This document shows, piece after piece, positions 62,701-64,000 of a DNA stretch of 64,000 nucleotides (the stretch's first letter is position 1; every line of letters starts with the position of its first letter). The translations under genes were made by a program, and so were the position numbers. Location: NCBI GenBank assembly GCA_964016885.1, contig OZ024743.1, positions 132,122,001 to 132,186,000 on the forward strand. Reading direction: 5' to 3'. Source of the stretch: Eledone cirrhosa. Taxonomy: Eukaryota. The notes under the pieces are model-generated. The model had not been told where the DNA came from. It made no database searches and was given only the letters and a program-made list of their open reading frames with translations.

Positions 62701-64000
62701 TTGGTGTTTGGTGCTTGTTGCTTGGTGCTTGGTGCTTGGTGTTTGGTGCTTGGTGCTTGGTGTTTGGTGCTGGGTGCTGGGTGCTTGGTGTTTGGTGCTT
62801 GGTGCTTGGTGCTTGGTGTTTGGTGCTTGGTGCTTGGTGCTTGGTCTTTGGTGCTTGGTGTTTGCTGTTTGGTGCTTGGTGCTTGGTGCTTCGTGTTTGG
62901 TGCTTGGTGATTAGTGTTTGGTGCTTGGTGCTTGGGGTTTGGTGTTTGGTGCTTGGTGCTTGGTGTTTGGTGCTTGGTACTTGGTGTTTGGTGCTTGGTG
63001 TTTGGTGTTTGCTGTTTGGTGTTTGGTGTTTGGTGTTTGGTGTTTGCTGTTTGGTGTCTGCTTTTTGGTGTTTGGTGTTTGCTGTATGGTGTTTGCTGTT
63101 TCGTGTTTAGTGTTTGCTGTTTGGTGTTTGGTGCTTGGTGCTTGGTGTTTGGTGTTTGGTGTTTGGTATTTGGTGTTTGGTGCTTGGTGCTTGGTGTTTG
63201 GTGGTTGGATCTTGGTGTTTGGTGCCTGGTGCTTGGTGCTTGGTGTTTGGTGTTTGGTGCTTGGTGCTTGGTGCTTGGAGATTGGTGTTTGGTGCTTGTT
63301 GCTTGGTGTTTTGTGTTTGGTGTTTGGTTTTTGGTGCTTGGTGCTTGGTGCTTGGTCCTTGGTGTTTGGTGCTGGGTGCTTTGTGTTTGGTGCTTGGTGC
63401 TTCGTGCTTGGTGTTTGGTCTTTGCTGCTTGGTGTTTGGTGCTTGGTGCTTGGTGCTTGGTGTTTTGAGTTTGGTGCTTGGTGCTTGGTGTTTGGTGCTT
63501 GGTGCTTGGTGCTTGGTGTTTGGTGTTTGGTGCTTGGTGCTTGGTGTTTGGTGTTTGGTGTTTGCTGTTTGCTGTTTGGTGTTTGGTGTTTGCTGTTTGG
63601 TGTTTGGTCTTTGGTGTTTGGTTTTTGGTGCTTGGTGCTTGGTGTTTGGTGTTTGGTGCTTGCTGCTGGCTGCTTGGTGCTTGGTGATTGGTGCTTGGTG
63701 TTTGGTGCTTGGTGTTTGGTGTTTGGTGCTAGGTGCTTGGTGCTTGGTGTTTGGTGCTTGGTGCTTCGTGTTTGGTGTTTGGTGTTTGGTGCTTGGTGCT
63801 TGGTGTTTGGTGCTTGGTGCTTGGTGCTTGGTGCTGGGTGGTTGGTGTTTGGTGCTTGGTGTTTGGTGCTGGGTGCTTGGTGTTTGGTGCTTGGTGCTTG
63901 GTGTTTGGTGCTTGGTGTTTGGTGTTTGGTGCTTGGTGCTTGGTGTTTGGTGGTTGGTGCTTGGTGTTTGGTGCTTGGTGCTTAGTGTTTGGTGCTAGGT
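59745..64000 (+). repeat. Copy 2 of the 46.8-50.4 kb segment with a net 686-bp (98-monomer) extra block at ~62.3-63.0 kb, truncated by the window end
   Basis: Shared rare markers GGTGTTGGG, TTTGTTCTT and GGAGATTGG (~49638/~63277). The offset steps from 12953 to 13639. Confidence 0.9.

Larger units (their letters stand above)
1..64000 (+). repeat. Heptanucleotide satellite array (TTGGTGY)n, about 9,100 monomers, head-to-tail, extends beyond both window ends
   Basis: Every line parses into TTGGTGC/TTGGTGT units with scattered variants (TTGCTGT, TTGGTAC, TAGGTGY, TTGATGC, TTGGTTC, TTGGTGA, TTCGTGT, 6-bp TTGTAC). No inversion or non-repeat insert seen. The monomer count is 64000/7. Confidence 0.99.

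Noticed and set aside
9-63998. Hundreds of + strand ORFs encoding Trp/Cys/Leu/Val-rich 'membrane' proteins
   Set aside because: The consensus has no A, so stops are rare by composition. ORFs overlap in all three frames with the same peptide, have no unique domain, and stops are scattered freely.
1-64000. CRISPR array or spacer-like information store
   Set aside because: There are no unique spacers or cas genes. All variation is point variants of one heptamer, explained by duplication.
1-64000. Active telomerase-made telomere tract
   Set aside because: The motif is GT-rich but lacks a GGG run and matches no telomere repeat I recognise. Many variants copied in kb-scale blocks indicate recombinational amplification. 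A remote telomeric origin cannot be excluded.
1-64000. Pure sequencing or assembly artefact, or synthetic sequence
   Set aside because: Rare variants are reproduced in a consistent nested way and duplicate copies carry private differences, as expected of an evolved array. Exact copy numbers of the large duplications still need read support.

Overview
The whole 64 kb window is one uninterrupted, single-orientation satellite array of a 7-bp monomer, consensus TTGGTGY (TTGGTGC and TTGGTGT interspersed), about 9,100 monomers. It runs off both ends of the window. I see no unique sequence, gene, RNA gene, transposon or CRISPR array. All ORFs in the track are by-products of the repeat: the + strand consensus has no A and the - strand consensus has no T, so neither can form stop codons. 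The informative content is in rare monomer variants, which act as barcodes and reveal nested higher-order structure: a recurring ordered cycle of about 1 kb, local duplications of 104-350 bp, 1.0, 1.7-1.9, 2.5, 3.2 and 4.2-4.7 kb, and large near-identical duplications with offsets of about 7.3, 10.1-10.4 and 13 kb. A sub-domain at about 51.6-59.7 kb has its own variant set. The pattern fits eukaryotic heterochromatic satellite (centromeric, pericentromeric or subtelomeric), but organism and function cannot be determined from the sequence. I found no evidence of a novel gene system. Duplication boundaries are approximate, estimated by eye from marker variants and ORF-track offsets.
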